From assembly GCF_048403405.1 (NCBI RefSeq), contig NZ_CP183129.1: a stretch of DNA of 64,000 nt. The stretch is one strand, 5' to 3'. Positions within the stretch are counted from its first letter, which is position 1. Each line of letters begins with the position of its first letter. Source of the DNA: Escherichia coli (GTDB lineage Bacteria > Pseudomonadota > Gammaproteobacteria > Enterobacterales > Enterobacteriaceae). The translations under genes were made by a program, and so were the position numbers. Shown piece by piece: positions 50,558 to 64,000 of the stretch. Under the pieces are notes generated by a model that did not search any database, had not been told where the DNA came from, and saw only the letters and a list, made by a program, of their open reading frames with translations.

Positions 50558-51550
50558 TTACAGCAGAGAAGGGACGCTCTCGCGAACAGCTGCCGGCCAT
50601 ACACCACACTGAACCTGGCCGATATGCGGCAGTTGCAGCAGCAGCATGGTCAAACGAGACTGGCCGATACCGCCGCCGATGGTCTGCGGCATTTCACCGC
50701 GCAGCAGCGCCTGATGCCACTCCAGCTGCAGACGATCTTCATCACCGGTCAGCGCCAGCTGATGCTTCAACGTATCGGCATCCACGCGGATCCCCATGGA
50801 AGAAAGCTCAAACGCATCTTCCAGTACCGGGTTCCATACCAGAATATCGCCGTTCAGACCCGCATGGCCCAGCTCTGACGGGGTGCTCCAGTCATCATAA
50901 TCCGGTGCGCGCACGTCGTGACGATGACCATCACTCAACTTGCCGCCAATCCCGACGAGGAATACCGCGCCAAGATCTTTCGCAATCGCCCGCTCACGCC
51001 CTTTGGCATCGAGATCCGGATAACGAGACAGTAACTCCTGGCTGTGTACGAAGTGGATCTGATCCGGCAGGAACGGTGCCAGGCCAAACTCTTCGCTAAC
51101 CGCAGCTTCGGTTGCTTTAATTCCCGCCCAGATCGCCTCTACCGTGCTTTTCAGAGTCGAGAATTGACGCTCGCCGTCGCCCATTACGCGTTCCCAGTCC
51201 CACTGGTCTACATAGACCGAGTGCAACGGAGAAAGACGGTCTTCATCGGGGCGAAGGGCTTTCATGTGCGTGTACAGCCCTTCGCCCGCGCTGAAGTCGT
51301 GTTGCCCTAAGGTCTGACGTTTCCACTTCGCCAGTGAATGAACCACTTCGAACTGGGCATCAGGCAGAGCTTTTACTTTTACCTGCACCGCTTTTTCACA
51401 GCCCGACAAGTTATCCTGCGTGCCATCCCCCACACGGCTAAGAATCGGCGCCTGGACTTCGATCAGCCCCAGACGTTCTTCCAGTTGACGAGAAAAGTGA
51501 GATTTCACGAAGCTAATTTGGCGTTGTTTGGCAATGTAAGCGGTTTTCAT
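50558..51550 (-). CDS. asnA: aspartate-ammonia ligase (asparagine synthetase A)
   Basis: 330-aa [53 protein letters not shown]... Confidence 0.96.
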
Positions 51551-51701
51551 TTTTTATACTCCTGCGTCCTGTTGCTTATGATTAAGCAACAAAAACCGGC
51601 ACACATGCAATAATCATTCAATAAAAAGCCTAACTCACTTTTGATTCATTAAAAAAGAAGGCTAAAATAGAATGAATCATCAATCCGCATAAGAAAATCC
51701 T

Positions 51702-52160
51702 ATGGAAAATTATCTAATCGACAATCTGGACCGTGGCATCCTGGAAGCATTAATGGGCAATGCGCGCACCGCTTACGCCGAACTGGCGAAACAATTTGGC
51801 GTCAGTCCGGGGACGATTCACGTTCGAGTAGAGAAAATGAAGCAGGCGGGAATCATTACCGGGGCGCGTATTGATGTCAGCCCGAAGCAGCTTGGTTATG
51901 ACGTAGGCTGCTTTATCGGCATTATATTAAAGAGCGCCAAAGACTATCCTTCCGCGCTGGCAAAGCTGGAAAGCCTCGATGAAGTCACTGAAGCCTATTA
52001 CACAACCGGCCACTACAGCATCTTTATAAAAGTGATGTGCCGTTCGATCGATGCTCTCCAGCATGTACTTATCAACAAGATCCAAACAATTGATGAAATT
52101 CAGTCCACCGAGACACTGATCGTCCTGCAGAACCCGATCATGCGTACCATTAAGCCCTGA
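51702..52160 (+). CDS. asnC: Lrp/AsnC-family regulator AsnC
   Basis: 152-aa ORF MENYLIDNLDRGILEALMGNARTAYAELAKQFGVSPGTIHVRVEKMKQAGIITG... Confidence 0.96.
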   Translation: MENYLIDNLDRGILEALMGNARTAYAELAKQFGVSPGTIHVRVEKMKQAGIITGARIDVSPKQLGYDVGCFIGIILKSAKDYPSALAKLESLDEVTEAYYTTGHYSIFIKVMCRSIDALQHVLINKIQTIDEIQSTETLIVLQNPIMRTIKP

Positions 52161-52169
52161 TCGGCTTTT

Positions 52170-52249
52170 TTAATCCCATACTTTTCCACAGGTAGATCCC
52201 AACGCGTTCACAGCGTACAATACGCCACTCTTAATAAAGGTGGCGGTTT
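52170..52249 (+). promoter_or_regulatory. mioC promoter region with DnaA-box-like sequence
   Basis: ttttccaca at 52182-52190 approximates the DnaA box consensus TTWTNCACA, upstream of mioC. Confidence 0.5.
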
Positions 52250-52693
52250 ATGGCAGATATCACTCTTATCAGCGGCAGCACCCTCGGCGGTGCCGAATAT
52301 GTGGCAGAACACCTGGCTGAAAAGCTGGAAGAGGCGGGTTTTACCACCGAAACGCTGCACGGTCCGCTGTTGGAAGATTTATCTGCCTCGGGGATCTGGC
52401 TGGTTATCAGCTCAACCCACGGTGCCGGAGATATTCCGGATAACCTTTCTCCTTTCTATGAAGCATTGCAGGAACAGAAGCCCGATCTTTCTGCGGTCCG
52501 CTTTGGCGCTATCGGTATTGGCAGTCGTGAATATGACACCTTTTGTGGGGCTATCGATAAACTCGAGGCAGAACTCAAAAATTCCGGTGCAAAACAGACA
52601 GGCGAAACACTGAAGATCAACATTCTTGATCACGACATCCCGGAAGATCCGGCAGAAGAATGGCTGGGATCGTGGATTAATTTACTCAAATAA
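52250..52693 (+). CDS. mioC: FMN-binding flavodoxin-like protein MioC
   Basis: 147-aa ORF MADITLISGSTLGGAEYVAEHLAEKLEEAGFTTETLHGPLLEDL... (flavodoxin signature). Confidence 0.95.
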   Translation: MADITLISGSTLGGAEYVAEHLAEKLEEAGFTTETLHGPLLEDLSASGIWLVISSTHGAGDIPDNLSPFYEALQEQKPDLSAVRFGAIGIGSREYDTFCGAIDKLEAELKNSGAKQTGETLKINILDHDIPEDPAEEWLGSWINLLK

Positions 52694-52705
52694 GTATACA
52701 GATCG

Positions 52706-52975
52706 TGCGATCTACTGTGGATAACTCTGTCAGGAAGCTTGGATCAACCGGTAGTTATCCAAAGAACAACCGTTGTTCAGTTTTTGAGTTGTGTATAACC
52801 CCTCATTCTGATCCCAGCTTATACGGTCCAGGATCACCGATCATTCACAGTTAATGATCCTTTCCAGGTTGTTGATCTTAAAAGCCGGATCCTTGTTATC
52901 CACAGGGCAGTGCGATCCTAATAAGAGATCACAATAGAACAGATCTCTAAATAAATAGATCTTCTTTTTAATACC
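52706..52975. other. oriC: chromosomal replication origin oriC
   Basis: DnaA boxes (tgtggataa at 52716-52724; ttatccaca at 52896-52904), three AT-rich 13-mers ending in gatc (52918-52962), and 14 GATC tetramers by my count between 52701 and 52982. Confidence 0.95.
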
Positions 52976-53071
52976 CAGGATCCCAGGTCTTTCTCAAGCC
53001 GACAAAGTTGAGTAGAATCCACGGCCCGGGCTTCAATCCATTTTCATACCGCGTTATGCGAGGCAATCACC

Positions 53072-54961
53072 ATGTTTTATCCGGATCCTTTTGACGTCAT
53101 CATCATTGGCGGGGGTCATGCAGGCACCGAGGCCGCGATGGCCGCGGCGCGTATGGGTCAACAGACTCTGCTTTTGACACACAATATCGACACTCTGGGG
53201 CAGATGAGCTGCAACCCGGCGATCGGCGGTATTGGGAAGGGACATCTGGTAAAAGAAGTGGATGCACTCGGCGGTCTGATGGCGAAAGCGATCGATCAGG
53301 CGGGTATCCAGTTTAGGATACTAAACGCAAGCAAGGGACCAGCGGTTCGCGCTACCCGTGCTCAGGCGGATCGTGTGCTCTACCGGCAGGCGGTACGTAC
53401 GGCGCTGGAGAACCAACCGAACCTGATGATCTTCCAGCAGGCGGTTGAAGATCTTATTGTCGAAAACGATCGCGTGGTCGGTGCTGTTACCCAAATGGGA
53501 CTGAAGTTCCGTGCCAAAGCCGTCGTGCTCACCGTTGGGACGTTCCTCGACGGTAAAATTCATATCGGTCTGGATAACTACAGCGGTGGTCGTGCTGGTG
53601 ATCCGCCGTCCATTCCGCTCTCTCGCCGTTTGCGTGAACTGCCGCTGCGCGTTGGTCGTCTGAAAACCGGGACACCGCCGCGTATTGATGCGCGTACTAT
53701 CGACTTCAGCGTGCTGGCGCAACAGCATGGCGATAACCCAATGCCGGTATTCTCGTTTATGGGTAATGCGTCCCAGCATCCACAGCAGGTGCCGTGTTAT
53801 ATCACCCATACCAACGAGAAAACCCATGATGTGATCCGCAGTAACCTCGATCGTAGCCCAATGTATGCAGGGGTGATCGAAGGTGTCGGCCCACGCTACT
53901 GCCCGTCGATCGAAGACAAAGTCATGCGCTTCGCCGACAGAAATCAGCATCAGATCTTCCTTGAACCGGAAGGGCTGACCTCAAACGAAATTTATCCGAA
54001 CGGTATCTCCACCAGCCTGCCGTTCGATGTGCAGATGCAAATCGTCCGCTCCATGCAGGGGATGGAAAACGCGAAGATCGTGCGTCCGGGTTATGCCATT
54101 GAGTATGACTTCTTCGATCCACGCGACCTGAAACCGACGCTGGAGAGCAAGTTTATCCAGGGGCTGTTCTTTGCTGGTCAGATTAACGGCACTACCGGTT
54201 ACGAAGAAGCCGCTGCGCAAGGTTTGCTGGCTGGTCTTAACGCTGCCCGTCTGTCTGCTGACAAAGAAGGTTGGGCTCCGGCGCGTTCTCAGGCGTATCT
54301 CGGCGTACTGGTTGATGACCTGTGCACTTTAGGAACCAAAGAACCGTATCGTATGTTTACTTCGCGCGCAGAATATCGTCTGATGCTGCGCGAAGATAAT
54401 GCGGATCTGCGTTTGACTGAAATCGGTCGTGAACTGGGCCTGGTGGATGACGAACGTTGGGCGCGCTTTAACGAGAAACTTGAGAATATCGAGCGTGAGC
54501 GTCAGCGTCTGAAATCGACCTGGGTAACCCCGTCGGCGGAAGCTGCAGCCGAAGTGAATGCTCACCTGACTGCGCCGCTTTCCCGTGAAGCCAGTGGTGA
54601 AGATCTGCTGCGTCGTCCGGAAATGACTTATGAAAAATTAACCACGCTGACGCCGTTTGCCCCTGCGTTGACAGACGAACAGGCGGCGGAACAGGTTGAG
54701 ATTCAGGTTAAATACGAAGGTTATATCGCGCGCCAGCAAGATGAGATCGAAAAGCAGCTGCGTAACGAGAACACCCTGCTACCAGCGACGCTGGATTACC
54801 GCCAGGTATCCGGTCTTTCTAACGAAGTGATCGCCAAACTTAACGATCACAAACCGGCCTCTATCGGTCAGGCTTCGCGTATTTCTGGCGTCACGCCTGC
54901 GGCCATCTCCATTCTGCTGGTGTGGCTGAAAAAACAGGGTATGCTGCGTCGTAGCGCATAA
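53072..54961 (+). CDS. mnmG: tRNA uridine-5-carboxymethylaminomethyl synthesis enzyme MnmG (GidA)
   Basis: 629-aa [56 protein letters not shown] (FAD GxGxxG). Confidence 0.97.
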
Positions 54962-55024
54962 CGCATTAAAAATGCCTGGTAAGCACCCGCTTACCGGGCA
55001 ACGCATCAAGAACAGGTAATCACC

Positions 55025-55648
55025 GTGCTCAACAAACTCACCTCTCTGCTGAAAGACGCAGGAATTTCGCTTACCGATCACCAGAAAAACCAGCTAATTG
55101 CCTACGTGAATATGCTGCATAAATGGAATAAAGCGTACAACCTGACTTCGGTCCGCGATCCTAATGAGATGCTGGTACGCCATATTCTCGATAGCATTGT
55201 GGTGGCACCGTATCTGCAAGGTGAACGGTTCATCGATGTCGGCACCGGACCAGGACTGCCTGGCATTCCACTCTCTATCGTGCGTCCTGAAGCCCATTTC
55301 ACGTTGTTGGATAGCCTTGGTAAACGCGTGCGTTTCCTTCGTCAGGTGCAACATGAGCTTAAACTGGAGAATATTGAGCCAGTACAGAGCAGGGTAGAAG
55401 AGTTTCCTTCAGAGCCGCCATTTGATGGCGTAATTAGCCGCGCTTTTGCCTCTCTGAACGATATGGTGAGCTGGTGTCACCATCTTCCTGGTGAGCAAGG
55501 CCGTTTCTACGCGCTGAAAGGCCAAATGCCGGAAGATGAAATCGCTTTGTTGCCCGAAGAATATCAGGTCGAATCAGTGGTTAAACTTCACGTTCCGGCC
55601 CTGGATGGCGAACGTCATCTGGTGGTGATTAAAGCAAATAAAATTTAA
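55025..55648 (+). CDS. rsmG: 16S rRNA m7G527 methyltransferase RsmG (GidB)
   Basis: 207-aa ORF (GTG start at 55025) ...[41 protein letters not shown]...; SAM motif [10 protein letters not shown]. Confidence 0.95.
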   Translation: MLNKLTSLLKDAGISLTDHQKNQLIAYVNMLHKWNKAYNLTSVRDPNEMLVRHILDSIVVAPYLQGERFIDVGTGPGLPGIPLSIVRPEAHFTLLDSLGKRVRFLRQVQHELKLENIEPVQSRVEEFPSEPPFDGVISRAFASLNDMVSWCHHLPGEQGRFYALKGQMPEDEIALLPEEYQVESVVKLHVPALDGERHLVVIKANKI

Positions 55649-56145
55649 TTTTTATCAAAAAAATCATAAAAAATTGACCGGTTAGACTGTTAACAACAAC
55701 CAGGTTTTCTACTGATATAACTGGTTACATTTAACGCCACGTTCACTCTTTTGCATCAACAAGATAACGTGGCTTTTTTTGGTAAGCAGAAAATAAGTCA
55801 TAAGTGAAAATATCAGTCTGCTAAAAATCGGCGCTAAGAATCATCATTGGCTGTTAAAACATTATTAAAAATGTCAATGGGTGGTTTTTGTTGTGTAAAT
55901 GTCATTTATTAAAACAGTATCTGTTTTTAGACTGAAATATCATAAACTTGCAAAGGCATCATTTGCCAAGTAAATAAATATGCTGTGCGCGAACATGCTC
56001 AATATGTGATCTGAAGCACGCTTTATCACCAGTGTTTACGCGTTATTTACAGTTTTTCATGATCGAACAGGGTTTGCAGAAAAGTCGCAATTGTATGCAC
56101 TGGAAAAATATTTAAACATTTATTCACCTTTTGGCTACTTATTGT

Positions 56146-56173
56146 TTGAAATCACGGGGGCGCACCGTATAAT
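56146..56173 (+). promoter_or_regulatory. atp operon promoter (sigma70 -35/-10)
   Basis: ttgaaa (56146-56151), 16-nt spacer, tataat (56168-56173), about 90 nt upstream of atpI. Confidence 0.65.
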
Positions 56174-56264
56174 TTGACCGCTTTTTGATGCTTGACTCTA
56201 AGCCTTAAAGAAAGTTTTATACGACACGCGGCATACCTCGAAGGGAGCAGGAGTGAAAAACGTG

Positions 56265-57469
<1,205 letters not shown>

Positions 57470-57497
57470 TTTACCAACACTACTACGTTTTAACTGA

Positions 57498-57772
<275 letters not shown>

Positions 57773-57816
57773 TAAAGAGCAATATCAGAACGTTAACTAA
57801 ATAGAGGCATTGTGCT

Positions 57817-58287
57817 GTGAATCTTAACGCAACAATCCTCGGCCAGGCCATCGCGTTTGTCCTGTTCGTTCTGTTCTGCATGAAGTACGTATGGCCGCCA
57901 TTAATGGCAGCCATCGAAAAACGTCAAAAAGAAATTGCTGACGGCCTTGCTTCCGCAGAACGAGCACATAAGGACCTTGACCTTGCAAAGGCCAGCGCGA
58001 CCGACCAGCTGAAAAAAGCGAAAGCGGAAGCCCAGGTAATCATCGAGCAGGCTAACAAACGCCGCTCGCAGATTCTGGACGAAGCGAAAGCTGAGGCAGA
58101 ACAGGAACGTACTAAAATCGTGGCCCAGGCGCAGGCGGAAATTGAAGCCGAGCGTAAACGTGCCCGTGAAGAGCTGCGTAAGCAAGTTGCTATCCTGGCT
58201 GTTGCTGGCGCCGAGAAGATCATCGAACGTTCCGTGGATGAAGCTGCTAACAGCGACATCGTGGATAAACTTGTCGCTGAACTGTAA
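57817..58287 (+). CDS. atpF: F0 ATP synthase subunit b
   Basis: 156-aa ORF, GTG start at 57817; (M)[43 protein letters not shown]... Confidence 0.96.
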
Positions 58288-58301
58288 GGAGGGAGGGGCT
58301 G

Positions 58302-58835
58302 ATGTCTGAATTTATTACGGTAGCTCGCCCCTACGCCAAAGCAGCTTTTGACTTTGCCGTCGAACACCAAAGTGTAGAACGCTGGCAGGACATGCTGGCG
58401 TTTGCCGCCGAGGTAACCAAAAACGAACAAATGGCAGAGCTTCTCTCTGGCGCGCTTGCGCCAGAAACGCTCGCCGAGTCGTTTATCGCAGTTTGTGGTG
58501 AGCAACTGGACGAAAACGGTCAGAACCTGATTCGGGTAATGGCTGAAAATGGTCGTCTTAACGCGCTCCCGGATGTTCTGGAGCAGTTTATTCACCTGCG
58601 TGCCGTGAGTGAGGCTACCGCTGAGGTAGACGTCATTTCCGCTGCCGCACTGAGTGAACAACAGCTCGCGAAAATTTCTGCTGCGATGGAAAAACGTCTG
58701 TCACGCAAAGTTAAGCTGAATTGCAAAATCGATAAGTCTGTAATGGCAGGCGTTATCATCCGAGCGGGTGATATGGTCATTGATGGCAGCGTACGCGGTC
58801 GTCTTGAGCGCCTTGCAGACGTCTTGCAGTCTTAA
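58302..58835 (+). CDS. atpH: F1 ATP synthase subunit delta
   Basis: 177-aa [41 protein letters not shown]... Confidence 0.96.
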
Positions 58836-58847
58836 GGGGACTGGAGC

Positions 58848-60389
58848 ATGCAACTGAATTCCACCGAAATCAGCGAACTGATCAAGCAGCGCATTGCTCA
58901 GTTCAATGTTGTGAGTGAAGCTCACAACGAAGGTACTATTGTTTCTGTAAGTGACGGTGTTATCCGCATTCACGGCCTGGCCGATTGTATGCAGGGTGAA
59001 ATGATCTCCCTGCCGGGTAACCGTTACGCTATCGCACTGAACCTCGAGCGCGACTCGGTAGGTGCGGTTGTTATGGGTCCGTACGCTGACCTTGCCGAAG
59101 GTATGAAAGTTAAGTGTACTGGCCGTATCCTGGAAGTTCCGGTTGGCCGTGGCCTGCTGGGCCGTGTGGTTAACACTCTGGGTGCACCAATCGACGGTAA
59201 AGGTCCGCTGGATCACGACGGCTTCTCTGCTGTAGAAGCAATCGCTCCGGGCGTTATCGAACGTCAGTCCGTAGATCAGCCGGTACAGACCGGTTATAAA
59301 GCCGTTGACTCCATGATCCCAATCGGTCGTGGTCAGCGTGAATTGATCATCGGTGACCGTCAGACCGGTAAAACCGCACTGGCTATCGATGCCATCATCA
59401 ACCAGCGCGATTCCGGTATCAAATGTATCTATGTCGCTATCGGCCAGAAAGCGTCCACCATTTCTAACGTGGTACGTAAACTGGAAGAGCACGGCGCACT
59501 GGCTAACACCATCGTTGTGGTAGCAACCGCGTCTGAATCCGCTGCACTGCAATACCTGGCACCGTACGCTGGTTGCGCAATGGGCGAATACTTCCGTGAC
59601 CGCGGTGAAGATGCGCTGATCATTTACGATGACCTGTCTAAACAGGCTGTTGCTTACCGTCAGATCTCCCTGCTGCTCCGTCGTCCGCCAGGACGTGAAG
59701 CATTCCCGGGCGACGTATTCTACCTCCACTCTCGTCTGCTGGAGCGTGCTGCGCGTGTTAACGCCGAATACGTTGAAGCCTTCACCAAAGGTGAAGTGAA
59801 AGGGAAAACCGGTTCTCTGACTGCGCTGCCGATTATCGAAACTCAGGCGGGTGACGTTTCTGCGTTCGTTCCGACCAACGTAATCTCCATTACCGATGGT
59901 CAGATCTTCCTGGAAACCAACCTGTTCAACGCCGGTATTCGTCCTGCGGTTAACCCGGGTATTTCCGTATCCCGTGTTGGTGGTGCAGCACAGACCAAGA
60001 TCATGAAAAAACTGTCCGGTGGTATCCGTACCGCTCTGGCACAGTATCGTGAACTGGCAGCGTTCTCTCAGTTTGCATCCGACCTTGACGATGCAACACG
60101 TAAACAGCTTGACCACGGTCAGAAAGTGACCGAACTGCTGAAACAGAAACAGTATGCGCCGATGTCCGTAGCGCAACAGTCTCTGGTTCTGTTCGCAGCA
60201 GAACGTGGTTACCTGGCGGATGTTGAACTGTCGAAAATCGGCAGCTTCGAAGCCGCTCTGCTGGCTTACGTCGACCGTGATCACGCTCCGTTGATGCAAG
60301 AGATCAACCAGACCGGTGGCTACAACGACGAAATCGAAGGCAAGCTGAAAGGCATCCTCGATTCCTTCAAAGCAACCCAATCCTGGTAA
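58848..60389 (+). CDS. atpA: F1 ATP synthase subunit alpha
   Basis: 513-aa [37 protein letters not shown]...; Walker A GDRQTGKT. Confidence 0.98.
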
Positions 60390-60439
60390 CGTCTGGCGGC
60401 TTGCCTTAGGGCAGGCCGCAAGGCATTGAGGAGAAGCTC

Positions 60440-62712
<2,273 letters not shown>

Positions 62713-62732
62713 CGCCTTAATCGGAGGGTGAT

Positions 62733-63152
62733 ATGGCAATGACTTACCACCTGGACGTCGTCAGCGCAGAGCAACAAATGTTCTCTGGTCTGGTCGAGAA
62801 AATCCAGGTAACGGGTAGCGAAGGTGAACTGGGGATCTACCCTGGCCACGCACCGCTGCTCACCGCCATTAAGCCTGGTATGATTCGCATCGTGAAACAG
62901 CACGGTCACGAAGAGTTTATCTATCTGTCTGGCGGCATTCTTGAAGTGCAGCCTGGCAACGTGACCGTTCTGGCCGACACCGCAATTCGCGGCCAGGATC
63001 TCGACGAAGCGCGAGCCATGGAAGCGAAACGTAAGGCTGAAGAGCACATTAGCAGCTCTCACGGCGACGTAGATTACGCTCAGGCGTCTGCGGAACTGGC
63101 CAAAGCGATCGCGCAGCTGCGCGTTATCGAGTTGACCAAAAAAGCGATGTAA
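62733..63152 (+). CDS. atpC: F1 ATP synthase subunit epsilon
   Basis: 139-aa [57 protein letters not shown]... Confidence 0.97.
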
Positions 63153-63171
63153 CACCGGCTTGAAAAGCACA

Positions 63172-63205
63172 AAAGCCAGTCTGGTAACAGGCTGGCTTTT
63201 TTTAC
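63172..63205 (+). terminator. atp operon Rho-independent terminator
   Basis: aaagccagtctggtaacaggctggc hairpin followed by a 7-T run, 20 nt after the atpC stop. Confidence 0.8.
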
Positions 63206-63503
63206 GCGTATTGACCCGTCCTGAAGAGCGTTCACATAGATCCTGCTGATATAAAACCCCCTGTTTTCCCGTTTATTCATTGATCGAAATAAGAGCAAAA
63301 ACATCCACCTGACGCTTAAATGAAGGTACTGCCTTAATTTTCTGCAGACAAAAGGTGTGACGATGGTCGAAAATGGCGCTTTCGTCAGCGGGGATAATCC
63401 GTTATTGAACAATTTATCCTCTGTCCATTTCACGATGAAAAAAATGTAGTTTTTTCAAGGTGAAGCGGTTTAAATTCGTTCTCAAATTACAGTCAGGACG
63501 CGT

Positions 63504-64000
63504 ATGTTGAATAATGCTATGAGCGTAGTGATCCTTGCCGCAGGCAAAGGCACGCGCATGTATTCCGATCTTCCGAAAGTGCTGCATACCCTTGCCGGGA
63601 AAGCGATGGTTCAGCATGTCATTGATGCTGCGAATGAATTAGGCGCAGCGCACGTTCACCTGGTTTACGGTCACGGCGGCGATCTGCTTAAACAGGCGCT
63701 GAAAGATGACAACCTGAACTGGGTGCTTCAGGCAGAACAGCTGGGTACAGGTCATGCGATGCAGCAGGCCGCACCTTTCTTTGCCGATGATGAAGACATT
63801 TTAATGCTCTACGGCGACGTGCCGCTGATCTCTGTCGAAACACTCCAGCGCCTGCGTGATGCTAAACCGCAGGGTGGCATTGGTCTGCTGACGGTAAAAC
63901 TGGATGATCCGACCGGTTATGGACGTATCACCCGTGAAAACGGCAAAGTTACCGGCATTGTTGAGCACAAAGATGCCACCGACGAGCAGCGTCAGATTCA
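63504..64000 (+). CDS. glmU: bifunctional GlcNAc-1-P uridyltransferase/GlcN-1-P acetyltransferase GlmU (5' part; continues past window end)
   Basis: ATG at 63504; [62 protein letters not shown]... runs to the window edge. Confidence 0.93.

Noticed and set aside
58701-60380. 559-aa ORF on the minus strand entirely inside atpA, with similar long antisense ORFs inside ilvC (19050-20096, 348 aa), mnmG (53321-53950) and atpF/atpH (57924-58661)
   Set aside because: They are antisense to strongly supported conserved genes, have no SD or promoter context and show low-complexity, Arg/Gln-rich composition typical of stop-free antisense frames in GC-rich, codon-biased genes.

Overview
This window reads as a core Escherichia coli-type chromosomal segment spanning the origin of replication, in the reverse orientation to the usual K-12 map. 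From left to right it carries the ECA (wec/rff) cluster, rho-trxA-rhlB-gppA-rep, the ilv region (ilvC, ilvY, ilvA-D-E-M-G with ilvX and the ilvL leader/attenuator), yifB-yifE(maoP)-hdfR, a complete rrn operon on the minus strand (16S, tRNA-Glu, 23S, 5S, tRNA-Asp, tRNA-Trp; rrnC-type), yieP-hsrA, the rbs operon, kup, ravA-viaA, asnA-asnC-mioC, oriC, mnmG-rsmG, the full atpIBEFHAGDC operon and the start of glmU. Gene calls rest on the supplied ORF translations matched to protein and RNA sequences I recognise from memory, with start codons re-derived from the sequence; no database search was run. I did not find convincing evidence of a new multi-gene system, and every sizeable ORF is accounted for by a known gene. 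The features that depart from the K-12 reference are a complete IS200-like element inserted beside the rrn terminator (30932-31638), an intact ilvG, and an intact, A+T-rich PemK/MazF-like orphan ORF (yifN-like, 17678-18127) between rep and ppiC. The last is the best candidate for undescribed biology, but it is a single annotated-yet-uncharacterised gene, not a new system.
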